Part shown: positions 8,653 through 16,164 of the stretch, one piece after another
Layout of the letters: each line of letters begins with the position of its first letter
How positions within the stretch are numbered: the stretch's first letter is position 1
Source of the DNA: Candidatus Eiseniibacteriota bacterium
GTDB lineage: Bacteria > Eisenbacteria > RBG-16-71-46
Reading direction: 5' to 3'
Length of the DNA stretch: 19,155 nucleotides
Assembly: GCA_044222065.1 (NCBI GenBank)
Contig: JBGAOA010000075.1
Span: 1 to 19,155, forward strand
Program-made: the position numbers and the translations under genes
The notes under the pieces: model-generated
Database searches by the model: none
What the model was told of the DNA's origin: nothing
The model's input: the letters and a program-made list of their open reading frames with translations, nothing else

Positions 8653-11067
8653 ATGGTGCGTATGATCCGTCGGGTGCTTCTCGGCAGTCTTCGTTGGGCC
8701 GCGTTCGCCGCGCTGCTGCTCGCCGCCGCGGCGATTCGCGAAGGTCGCTCGGCCGCCGTGGACCAGGCCATCATCTGGCTGCCGACCGGCGTCGCGATCG
8801 CGGGCGCGTACGTGTTCGGCTACCGCGCCGCGTGGGTCGTCGCGCTCGTCACGTTCACGCAGCGCATGCTGCTCGGCTACGACCTGGGCGTCGCCGCCTC
8901 GGCCGTCGCCGGCAGCGCGTTCGAGGCGCTGCTCGGCGCGCTGGTGCTGCGACGGCTCGGCTTCCGCCCGACGATCGAGCGCCTCCGCGACGTCGCCGCG
9001 TTGTTCGTCTCCGCCGGCGTCGCGCCGCTCGGAAGCATCGCGTTCTCGTGGCTCGGACGATCCTATTTCTGGGAACACCCCTCGATGCCGTTCTACTCGG
9101 GATGGGACGGCTGGTGGCGCATGAACGCGCTCGGCGCGCTGGCGGTGGTGCCGCTCGTCGTGACGTGGTCCGGGGCGCGGCCTCGCGACTTCCGCCCCCG
9201 ACGCATCGTGGCGCTCGCGCTCGCCCTCGTCGGGCTTCCGGCGCTCGTGTTCGTCACGACGTCGCTCGTGCCGCCGGGCATCACCGGCGTGATGTGGCTC
9301 AACGTCGTCCTGATGCCGCCCGTGCTGTACGCCGCCGGACGCTTCGGCATGCGTGGCGCGACGCTCGCGGGCACGCTGACCGCGCTCGCGATCGCGGTGC
9401 TCACGACCCGGGGCGTCGGGCCGTTCCTCGAGGTGTCGCGCGCTCACCGGCACGTCGCGATCCAGCTGTTCGAACTCGCCTTCGTCGCGATGCCGCCCGT
9501 GTTCGGAGCGCTGATCGCCGGCCGGCGCGCCGCCGAGGATCGCGGCGCGCGCAGCGAGGCGCTGCTCGCCTCGATCGGCCGGAACGTGAAGGAGGGCGTG
9601 TTCCGTCTCACGACCGACCTGCGCGTCGCCTATGCGAATCCCGCGCTCGCCACGATGTTCGGATTCGGCTCGGCCGCCGACGTCCTCGGCCGGGCGATCC
9701 TCGAGCCGCTCGTCGCGCGGGAACGGCGCGCGGAGCTCGAGCGCGCTATGGCGGAACGCGGCCAGTGGCTCAACGAAGAGGTGCACGTCGTGCGCGCCGA
9801 CGGCGCGCCGTTCTGGGGGCTGCTGTCGGCGACCGCCGTGCGCGACGAGGAGGGCCGGATCGCGCACTACGACGGCACGCTCGCCGACGTCACCGAACGA
9901 CGCGAGCTCGAAGAGCGGCTGCGCCAGTCGCAGAAGATGGAGGCCGTCGGCAAGCTCGCGGGCGGCGTCGCGCACGACTTCAACAACCTCCTCACGGTGA
10001 TCTTCGGGTACGCGGAGTCGCTGCGCGCGCAGGCGGCCGAGCGGACGACGGCGCGGGACGACGCCGAGCAGATCCTCGACGCCGCGCGTCGCGCTTCCGG
10101 GCTCACGCGTCAGATGCTCGCGTTCAGCCGGCAGCAGGTGCTCTCGCCGCGCGTCGTCGAGTTGCGCGAAGTCGTGGACCGCATGGGCGACATGCTGCGG
10201 CGCATCATCGGCGAGGACATCCAGCTCGTCGTCCGCCACGAGTCGGGACCGTGCTGGGTGCGCGTGGATCCGAGCCAGGTCGAACAGGTGCTGCTCAACC
10301 TTGCGGTGAACGCGCGCGACGCGATGCACGGTGGCGGCACCCTGACGATCTCGACCGCGATCGAGCCCCCCGATCCGGCGCGTGCGCGTTCGCATCCCGA
10401 GCTCGCGACGAGTGCGTGCGTCTCGCTGAAGGTTCGCGACACGGGCATCGGCATGACCGAGGAAGTGCGCCGGCGCGCGTTCGACCCGTTCTTCACGACG
10501 AAAGCCCCGGGCAGCGGGACCGGGCTCGGCCTCTCGACGGTGCACGGCATCGTGGAGCAGAGCGGCGGCGCGGTGCGGCTCGAGAGTTCTCCCGGCAGCG
10601 GAACGACGGTGTGGATCGACTTGCCGGCGCGCGCGGCGCCCGCGGACAGCGCGGATCCCTCGCCGAGTGTCGAGGCCGCGCGGACCGGCGGCACGGTGCT
10701 CGTCGTCGAGGACGAGCCGGGCGTGCGCGCGCTCGTCAGCCGCACGCTCGCGGGCGCCGGCTACCGCGTGCTCGAGGCGGGCGATGGGGTCGCGGGGCTC
10801 GAGGTCGCCCGCCGTCACGGCGGCGCGATCGATCTCGTCGTGACCGACCTCGTCATGCCACGGCTCGGCGGGCGGGAGATGGCGGCGCGGCTGCGCAGCG
10901 AGCGGCCCGGCGCGCGCGTGCTCTTCCTCTCGGGCTACGCCGAAACGCTGCTCGAGACGCGCGACCTCTCGGGTCCTGCGAGCGCGTTCCTCGCGAAGCC
11001 GTTCACTCCCGAGGAGCTGCTCGCGCGCGTGCGCGCGATGTTTCCCGAGGCGGCGCGGCGGGCGTGA
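8653..11067 (+). CDS. Hybrid sensor histidine kinase: MASE1 - PAS/PAC - HisKA - HATPase - REC (CckA-like core)
   Basis: MASE1 motifs (IWLPTGVAIA, RLRDV, GWWRMNALG). PAS (YANPALATMFG, RADGAPFW, DVTER). H-box SQKMEAVGKLAGGVAHDFNNLL, N-box NLAVNARDAM, FDPFFTTK, GTGLGL. Receiver VVEDE..TDLVMP..LSGY..KPF. The start could be 8653 or 8662. Confidence 0.93.
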   Translation: MVRMIRRVLLGSLRWAAFAALLLAAAAIREGRSAAVDQAIIWLPTGVAIAGAYVFGYRAAWVVALVTFTQRMLLGYDLGVAASAVAGSAFEALLGALVLRRLGFRPTIERLRDVAALFVSAGVAPLGSIAFSWLGRSYFWEHPSMPFYSGWDGWWRMNALGALAVVPLVVTWSGARPRDFRPRRIVALALALVGLPALVFVTTSLVPPGITGVMWLNVVLMPPVLYAAGRFGMRGATLAGTLTALAIAVLTTRGVGPFLEVSRAHRHVAIQLFELAFVAMPPVFGALIAGRRAAEDRGARSEALLASIGRNVKEGVFRLTTDLRVAYANPALATMFGFGSAADVLGRAILEPLVARERRAELERAMAERGQWLNEEVHVVRADGAPFWGLLSATAVRDEEGRIAHYDGTLADVTERRELEERLRQSQKMEAVGKLAGGVAHDFNNLLTVIFGYAESLRAQAAERTTARDDAEQILDAARRASGLTRQMLAFSRQQVLSPRVVELREVVDRMGDMLRRIIGEDIQLVVRHESGPCWVRVDPSQVEQVLLNLAVNARDAMHGGGTLTISTAIEPPDPARARSHPELATSACVSLKVRDTGIGMTEEVRRRAFDPFFTTKAPGSGTGLGLSTVHGIVEQSGGAVRLESSPGSGTTVWIDLPARAAPADSADPSPSVEAARTGGTVLVVEDEPGVRALVSRTLAGAGYRVLEAGDGVAGLEVARRHGGAIDLVVTDLVMPRLGGREMAARLRSERPGARVLFLSGYAETLLETRDLSGPASAFLAKPFTPEELLARVRAMFPEAARRA

Positions 11068-11089
11068 CGCACGCGGTCACGCCCGCCGC
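11055..11089. terminator. 14-bp perfect inverted repeat at the junction of the convergent kinase and nuclease genes
   Basis: GCGGCGGGCGTGAC (11055-11068), loop GCACGCG, GTCACGCCCGCCGC (11076-11089). It overlaps the kinase stop codon. Confidence 0.55.
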
Positions 11090-11095
11090 CGCCCG

Positions 11096-13306
11096 TCAGC
11101 GCGCGTAGACGACGCGGCGCGTCCGCGTCTCGGGGCCGGCTTCGAGCCGGCAGAAGTAGAGCCCCGCCGGCACGCGCGCGCCCGACGCATCGCGTCCGTC
11201 CCACGTCGCGTCGTGGCGGCCGGCGTCGAGTTCGCCCGCCGCGACGAGCGTGCGGACCTCGCGGCCCGCCACGTCGAACACGCGCAGCGATGCGCGTTCG
11301 CGGCGCGGCAGTTCGAAGCCGATGCGCATGAGCGTCGTGAACGGATTCGGGGCGTTCGCGCCGAGCTGCAGCGCGGCGACGGGCGCGCCGGGCGCGACGC
11401 CCACCGTCGCGTTCGAGTCCCAGATCGCCGCGAGGAACTCGGGATGGTCCACGAACGGGTTCCGGTTGTGCTGGATCGCGTACACCGCACCGTTGCGCAT
11501 GCGTTCCTTCCAGCTCACCGGGTCGTTCACCGACCAGTCGAGGTACTGCGCGACCGCCCACGGGTAGAACTGCGCGCCGTCGCACGGATCGCCGCCCGGC
11601 CACGAAGAGTCCTCGAACAGGTAGCGCGTGGACATGTAGAGGACGCCGCGCACGAGGTCGCCTTTGTAGGCGTCGATGGGCTCGAACACGGTGCCGGTGA
11701 AGCCCGGCGTCGCGCTCGGTCCGACCTTGCTGCCGTTGAGCGACGTCGTCGTCGGGCTCGCGACCACGCCGTAGGCGAAGTTGCCGCGGTATCCGTTGAC
11801 CTTCGAGTCCGTCGGGTAGAGGTGGAAGAGGTCGCTGTACATCGGCGAGTTCCCGTTGAACCACGACTGCGGGAACGAATGCTCGCGGTTGTAGCCGAGC
11901 CCCTCCGTCGCGCCCTGCCCGGTCTGGCCGAAGCTGTACTCGTAGGGCGGCGTGCCGCCCGGGACGTCCGAGTACATGTCCCACACCTTTCCGTTCGGCT
12001 TCACGTCCGTCGTCTGGAACGCGGAGAGCAGCGCGGAGTAGCTGATGGACGTGTGGTTCTTGATGATGTTGTGCAGCGCGATCTGCAGCGCCGAGCCCGT
12101 GAGTCCGATCGCGCTCGCGTAGTAACCCGGCGGGATCGTCACGTCCACGTAGTTGAACAAGCGGGTCGCGCCGAACGCGATGTCGCCGGTGAGGTCGGAG
12201 ACGCCGTTCACGGTGAGCGTCTTCGTGCCCGCCGTCAGGTTGCGCATCGTGATCAGCACCTGCTCGGTGTGGGCCGGGTCGCGCACCGCGTTCACCGCGA
12301 CGTTCGTCCCGATCACGTAGTTCGACGCCGTCTCGGCGCTCGTCTCTTCGACGGGCTCGCTGAAGAACACGAGCAGCGTCGAGTCGCTCATCTCGCCGAC
12401 CGCGAGCACGCTCGGCGGAACGCCGCCGCCGCCGCCCGCGATCGTGTAGCTCAGGATCGACGACTGGCTCGTCGCCGAGTCGTTCTCGGCCTGCACGCGG
12501 TAGTAGATCGTCGCGCCGCCCGGCTGGCCGGGAATCTGCGCGCTCGTGCGGTACGTGTTCCCGCCCTGGAGCACCATGCCGATCGAGTTCGCGAGCGAAG
12601 CGGCGGAGGTGCCCCAGGAGAGCGTGACGGCGTTGATGACGTTCGGGTCGGTGACGTCGGCGAGCACGTCGGTCGGCGTGCCGGCGCCGGGCACGGCCGG
12701 GTCGGTGACGACGTTCGTGATCGTGGGGCCCGCGGGCGGCGGTGCGGAGCCATTGTGCGAGCCGGGCGTCGCGTCGGTCGCGAGCGTGACGGCGGTGAAC
12801 GTCCACTGCGCGGGCAGGAGGCCGAGGTTTCCGGTCCCGACGCTCGCGATGCGCACGAGCGAGCCGTCCTTGAACAGCACGCCGGTGGCGATCAGGCTGT
12901 CCACCGTCAGTCCCGAGCCGTTCACGAGCTTCGCGCCGTCACCGACCTGACCGTTCCAGTTGAACGAACCCTGGCCCGAAATGTTCGTGTTCCACGCCGC
13001 GTTCGTGAAGTCGGGCGTGAACGCCGTGACCGGCGCTGTGTAGCCCGCGACCTTCGCCTGCCCGGCGGCGATCGTTCCCGAGAGCGGCCAGGTCATCGCG
13101 TTCGCGCTGTTCGCGATCGCGATCAGCGACCACCCGGAGAGGCTCACGGGGCCCGGGCCGGAGTTGTAGATCTCGATGTAGCGGTCGGTGGAGAAGTTGT
13201 TCAGCGGATCGCACAGCTCCGAGATGAACACGTCGGCGCGCGCCGCCGAGGCGGTGAGCGCGAATGCGAGGAGCGCGGCCGCGAAGGACGCCAGGGGCTT
13301 TCTCAC
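11096..13306 (-). CDS. Secreted endonuclease I family nuclease (EndA/Bsn-like) with lamin-tail domain, two Ig-like domains and FlgD-Ig/T9SS-like CTD (about 736 aa)
   Basis: GTG at 13306 starts signal peptide VRKPLASFAAALLAFALTASAARA. LTD motifs FISE..YIEIYN..SLSGWSL. Nuclease motifs YNREHSFPQSW, DLFHLYPTD..VN..RGN, FEP.D..KGD..R...YM..RY and QHNRNPFVDHPE. CTD APNPF..WDGRD..GLYF. Confidence 0.92.
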   Translation of the reverse strand: MRKPLASFAAALLAFALTASAARADVFISELCDPLNNFSTDRYIEIYNSGPGPVSLSGWSLIAIANSANAMTWPLSGTIAAGQAKVAGYTAPVTAFTPDFTNAAWNTNISGQGSFNWNGQVGDGAKLVNGSGLTVDSLIATGVLFKDGSLVRIASVGTGNLGLLPAQWTFTAVTLATDATPGSHNGSAPPPAGPTITNVVTDPAVPGAGTPTDVLADVTDPNVINAVTLSWGTSAASLANSIGMVLQGGNTYRTSAQIPGQPGGATIYYRVQAENDSATSQSSILSYTIAGGGGGVPPSVLAVGEMSDSTLLVFFSEPVEETSAETASNYVIGTNVAVNAVRDPAHTEQVLITMRNLTAGTKTLTVNGVSDLTGDIAFGATRLFNYVDVTIPPGYYASAIGLTGSALQIALHNIIKNHTSISYSALLSAFQTTDVKPNGKVWDMYSDVPGGTPPYEYSFGQTGQGATEGLGYNREHSFPQSWFNGNSPMYSDLFHLYPTDSKVNGYRGNFAYGVVASPTTTSLNGSKVGPSATPGFTGTVFEPIDAYKGDLVRGVLYMSTRYLFEDSSWPGGDPCDGAQFYPWAVAQYLDWSVNDPVSWKERMRNGAVYAIQHNRNPFVDHPEFLAAIWDSNATVGVAPGAPVAALQLGANAPNPFTTLMRIGFELPRRERASLRVFDVAGREVRTLVAAGELDAGRHDATWDGRDASGARVPAGLYFCRLEAGPETRTRRVVYAR

Positions 13307-13338
13307 GGATGGGGGCCACACCTTTCGGGGTTGCGAGC

Positions 13339-13368
13339 GCGGCCGCCGGGTCTGAGCCCGGCGGCCGC
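13339..13368. other. 12-bp perfect GC hairpin in the leader of the nuclease gene
   Basis: GCGGCCGCCGGG-TCTGAG-CCCGGCGGCCGC. Confidence 0.6.
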
Positions 13369-13690
13369 CTCGGATGCGGAAGGAACGCCGTCCCAGCGGC
13401 GTCCTCGAAGGACCGGATTTGCGCCCGAAAAGTGTACCCGGATCGCGGTACGGATCGGAAGCCGGGGAGCCCGGCCACGACGTCACCCGCGACGGCGGAG
13501 CGTTCGCATCCCGAGGCGCGAGCGGGGGGAGGAACACGTTCCGGCGGGCGAGATTCCTCACCGCGCGCCCCGGCAGTCCGGTAGGCTCTGCGGTGCACCG
13601 CTTCATCTCAGTCCCCGGGGGCGGCGCCCGAAGCGCTGCGCCGCCCGACGGCGCGGTTCACCGACCGGTCACGCCTCCGAGGAGCCCCCG

Positions 13691-14734
13691 ATGAAGCGCT
13701 CGAAGCTCGTCGTCCCGATCCTGTCGTTCGTCCTCGCCGCCGCGACCGGCGCTCGGCCCGCCGCCGCGCAGGTCGCGGCGCCGGGCGACGTCTACTACGT
13801 CGTGAACGACTATCGCGACTTCCGCTACTACGTCTTCGCGGCGGATCACGTCGTGTGGTCGGACTCGACGGCGAGCGGCACCGAGCTGCACGCCTCCGGA
13901 TCGCGGGACACGCTCATGACCCGGGGCACGGCGCACCTGTCCACGTCGTACGACGCGCTGGACGGCGCCTTCTCCGCCGATCTCGCTGCGACGAGCGACA
14001 TCGACCTGCGCACCGGCGGCAACGACCTGCTCACGAATCGCCTCACGGTCAGCGTGTACGTGAAGGGCCCGACGGGCACGCCGTACTGGATCGCCGTTCG
14101 ACGCGCGGGGCACGCGATCGGCGAGCGGCTGGGCGGGCTCCCGGGTTCGCTCGCGCCCGTGAACGGCGTGTCGACCTCGACGCTCGGGGACACGACGGCG
14201 TACACCGAGCAGACCGCGTCGATCACGAAGCCGGTGGACGACGCCTACCTGCTCTCGGGCGTCACGGGCTCGACGATCACTGTCGGCTCCGACACCTACT
14301 CGCTCGCGCGCACGGTGCAGCTGCTCGCGACCGCGTGGAACCGGCAGAGCGTCTGCGTGCTCGGCTGCATGACGGCGCCCGCGTCGTTCTTCGCGGAGGC
14401 CTCGGGACGCTTCGAATTCGAGGTGTTCCCGTACCTGAATCCGGTCGCGGTTCCCGGCGCGGCCTCCTCGCCCGACGGCCTGTCCCTGCGCGCCACGCCG
14501 AATCCGGCCCGCGATCGAGTGACCGTCGCGTTCCGCGCCGCGGCGGGCGAGCCGGTGCGCGTCGAGGTGTTCGACCTGCGCGGCCGCCGCGCGGCGACGC
14601 TGTTCGACGGCCTCGCGCCCGCGCGCGAAACGAGCGTGGACTGGGACGCCCGGGAGCTGCCGCGCGGCGTGTACTTCGTGCGCGTGCTCTCGGCGGGCCG
14701 CTCGGTCACGACCCGGATCGCCCGGCTGGACTGA
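13691..14734 (+). CDS. Secreted protein of unknown function (Thr/Ser-rich, predicted beta) with T9SS-like CTD (347 aa)
   Basis: GAGGAG SD and ATG at 13691. Signal peptide MKRSKLVVPILSFVLAAATGARPAAA. C-terminus TPNPA..FDLRGRR..WD...LPRGVYFVRV. Confidence 0.85.
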   Translation: MKRSKLVVPILSFVLAAATGARPAAAQVAAPGDVYYVVNDYRDFRYYVFAADHVVWSDSTASGTELHASGSRDTLMTRGTAHLSTSYDALDGAFSADLAATSDIDLRTGGNDLLTNRLTVSVYVKGPTGTPYWIAVRRAGHAIGERLGGLPGSLAPVNGVSTSTLGDTTAYTEQTASITKPVDDAYLLSGVTGSTITVGSDTYSLARTVQLLATAWNRQSVCVLGCMTAPASFFAEASGRFEFEVFPYLNPVAVPGAASSPDGLSLRATPNPARDRVTVAFRAAAGEPVRVEVFDLRGRRAATLFDGLAPARETSVDWDARELPRGVYFVRVLSAGRSVTTRIARLD

Positions 14735-14775
14735 CGCCGAACGCAAGAATTCCGTGGACGGCGTCGGCCTTCTGA

Positions 14776-14790
14776 TTCTACAATGTAGAA
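14776..14790 (+). promoter_or_regulatory. Putative PadR operator palindrome containing a TACAAT -10 box; probable leaderless promoter
   Basis: TTCTACA-A-TGTAGAA is a perfect 7-1-7 palindrome. TACAAT at 14779-14784 lies 7 nt before ATG 14792. TGGACG at 14755-14760 is a possible -35. There is no SD. Confidence 0.75.
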
Positions 14791-14791
14791 C

Positions 14792-15118
14792 ATGGGCGAC
14801 GATCTCTACCTCGGCGAGTTCGAGCAGCTCGTGCTGCTCGCGGTGCTGCGGCTCCGCGACGAGGCGCACGGCATGCGCGTGCGCGCCGAGCTGCGCGAGC
14901 GCGCCCGGCGCGACGTGTCGATCGGCGCGGTGTACGCGACGCTCGACCGGCTCGAGGGCAAGGGCCTGCTCGAATCCGAGCGCGAAGCGGGCGGCGCCGC
15001 GCGCGAGGGCCGGGTGAAGCGGCTGTTCCGCGTCACCGCCGACGGCCGGCGCGCGCTCGCGCGCGTGCAGGACACGCTCGCCCGCATGAGCGAAGGGCTG
15101 AGGCTCGGCCGCGCGTGA
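14792..15118 (+). CDS. padR: PadR family transcriptional regulator (short, acidobacterial-like subfamily)
   Basis: 108 aa with LGEFEQLVLLAVLRL, VSIGAVYATLDRLEGKGLL and KRLFRVTADGRRAL, the winged-HTH pattern of the family. Confidence 0.93.
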   Translation: MGDDLYLGEFEQLVLLAVLRLRDEAHGMRVRAELRERARRDVSIGAVYATLDRLEGKGLLESEREAGGAAREGRVKRLFRVTADGRRALARVQDTLARMSEGLRLGRA

Positions 15119-15534
15119 ACACGGCCCTCGATCGCCTCGTGCTCGCCGCCGTCGTGGCGTTCGCCCCGCCCGGCGAGCGCGACGCGCTCGCGGGCGAACT
15201 GCTCGAAGCGGCCGCGGTCGCACGCGACGGTCACGGGCTCGCGCGCGAGGCGCTGCGCTCGCTGCCCGCGCTCCTGCTGTGGCGCATCCGCCGCCTCGGG
15301 GCGCGGCCCGCGCTGCTCGCGCTCCTCGCCGGCGCCGTGTCGGCGGCGCTCGTCTACGCCGCGGGCGAGGCGTTCTGGCACTTCGTGCTGTCGTTCGTTC
15401 CGCGACGGGCGGGCCACGCGATGCCGCTCGCGTGGAGTTGCACCTGGATCACGCTGGCCGAAGCGGCCGGCATCGCGGGGGCCGCGCTCGGCGCGCGCCT
15501 CGGACAACGTCTCACCGGAGGCCGCCGTTCATGA
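15115..15534 (+). CDS. Small membrane protein, PadR-associated
   Basis: GTGA overlap with the padR stop and ATGA overlap with the next gene. N-terminal PPGERDALAGELLE motif followed by about 2 hydrophobic helices. Confidence 0.75.
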   Translation: MNTALDRLVLAAVVAFAPPGERDALAGELLEAAAVARDGHGLAREALRSLPALLLWRIRRLGARPALLALLAGAVSAALVYAAGEAFWHFVLSFVPRRAGHAMPLAWSCTWITLAEAAGIAGAALGARLGQRLTGGRRS

Positions 15535-16076
15535 TGACGCTGCTCGTTCGCGTGCTGCTCGGAATCGTCCTGCTGTGCGTGCTCGCCGTGCTCGTGCTGT
15601 TCGCGATGTCCCGCCGCCCGAACGCGGGCCGGATCGTCTCGAGCGTCGAGATCGCGGCTCCGGTGGACACGGTGTGGACGTGGATCACCGAGCCGGCGCG
15701 GCTCACGCAGTGGGTCGGCTGGCTCGCCGAGGTCCGCCGCGACGAGACGACGCCCGCGGGCGTCGGCGCGCGCGAATCGTGGTTCATGAACGATCCGAAC
15801 ATGAAGAAGCGCATCGAGCTCAAGAGCGTCGTCACGCGCTACGAACCGCCGCGCCGCGTGGACGTGCGCGTCTCGCTCGACCAGGGCTTCGACGGCGACT
15901 ATTCGTACGTGCTCGAGCCCTCGGGCGCCGGAACGAAGGTGACGATGACGGGCACGTCGAAGTACGTCGGCTGGATGATCCAGCTCATGGAGCCGCTCGT
16001 GACGCCCGAGGCCGCGAAGAAGATGAACCACGACTTCGGCACGTTGAAGCGCCTCGTCGAGGGTGGCGGGCGGTAG
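15531..16076 (+). CDS. SRPBCC (START-like/polyketide cyclase 2) family protein with N-terminal membrane anchor
   Basis: ATG at 15531 overlaps the upstream TGA. Hydrophobic N-terminus, SVEIAAPVDTVWTWITEPARLTQW, VTRYEPPRR and a C-terminal helix DFGTLKRLVE. Confidence 0.88.
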   Translation: MMTLLVRVLLGIVLLCVLAVLVLFAMSRRPNAGRIVSSVEIAAPVDTVWTWITEPARLTQWVGWLAEVRRDETTPAGVGARESWFMNDPNMKKRIELKSVVTRYEPPRRVDVRVSLDQGFDGDYSYVLEPSGAGTKVTMTGTSKYVGWMIQLMEPLVTPEAAKKMNHDFGTLKRLVEGGGR

Positions 16077-16108
16077 GGCATTCGGAGGGTCGCGCGGCGC
16101 GCCGCGCG

Positions 16109-16117
16109 TGCTAGGCT
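16109..16117 (+). promoter_or_regulatory. Possible extended -10 promoter (TG-C-TAGGCT) for the hydrolase gene
   Basis: TGnTAnnnT pattern about 48 nt upstream of GTG 16165, inside an 8-bp inverted repeat. Confidence 0.4.
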
Positions 16118-16164
16118 TCACGCGCGATTCGCGCGCAGCGCCCGCGACCTTCCGGAGGTTCCCC

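Noticed and set aside
8389..10818. 1296-aa minus-strand ORF read as an N-terminally extended MFS fusion
   Set aside because: The extension is the antisense shadow of the kinase gene. The real start at 8388 has an SD and precedes the first transporter motif.
11213..13690. 1173-aa plus-strand ORF extension
   Set aside because: It is antisense to the nuclease gene. The SD and signal peptide mark 13691 as the start.
13440..13690. Small ORF or known riboswitch in the rest of the 384-bp divergent intergenic region
   Set aside because: No SD-supported ORF with coding-like bias and no aptamer consensus that I recognise.
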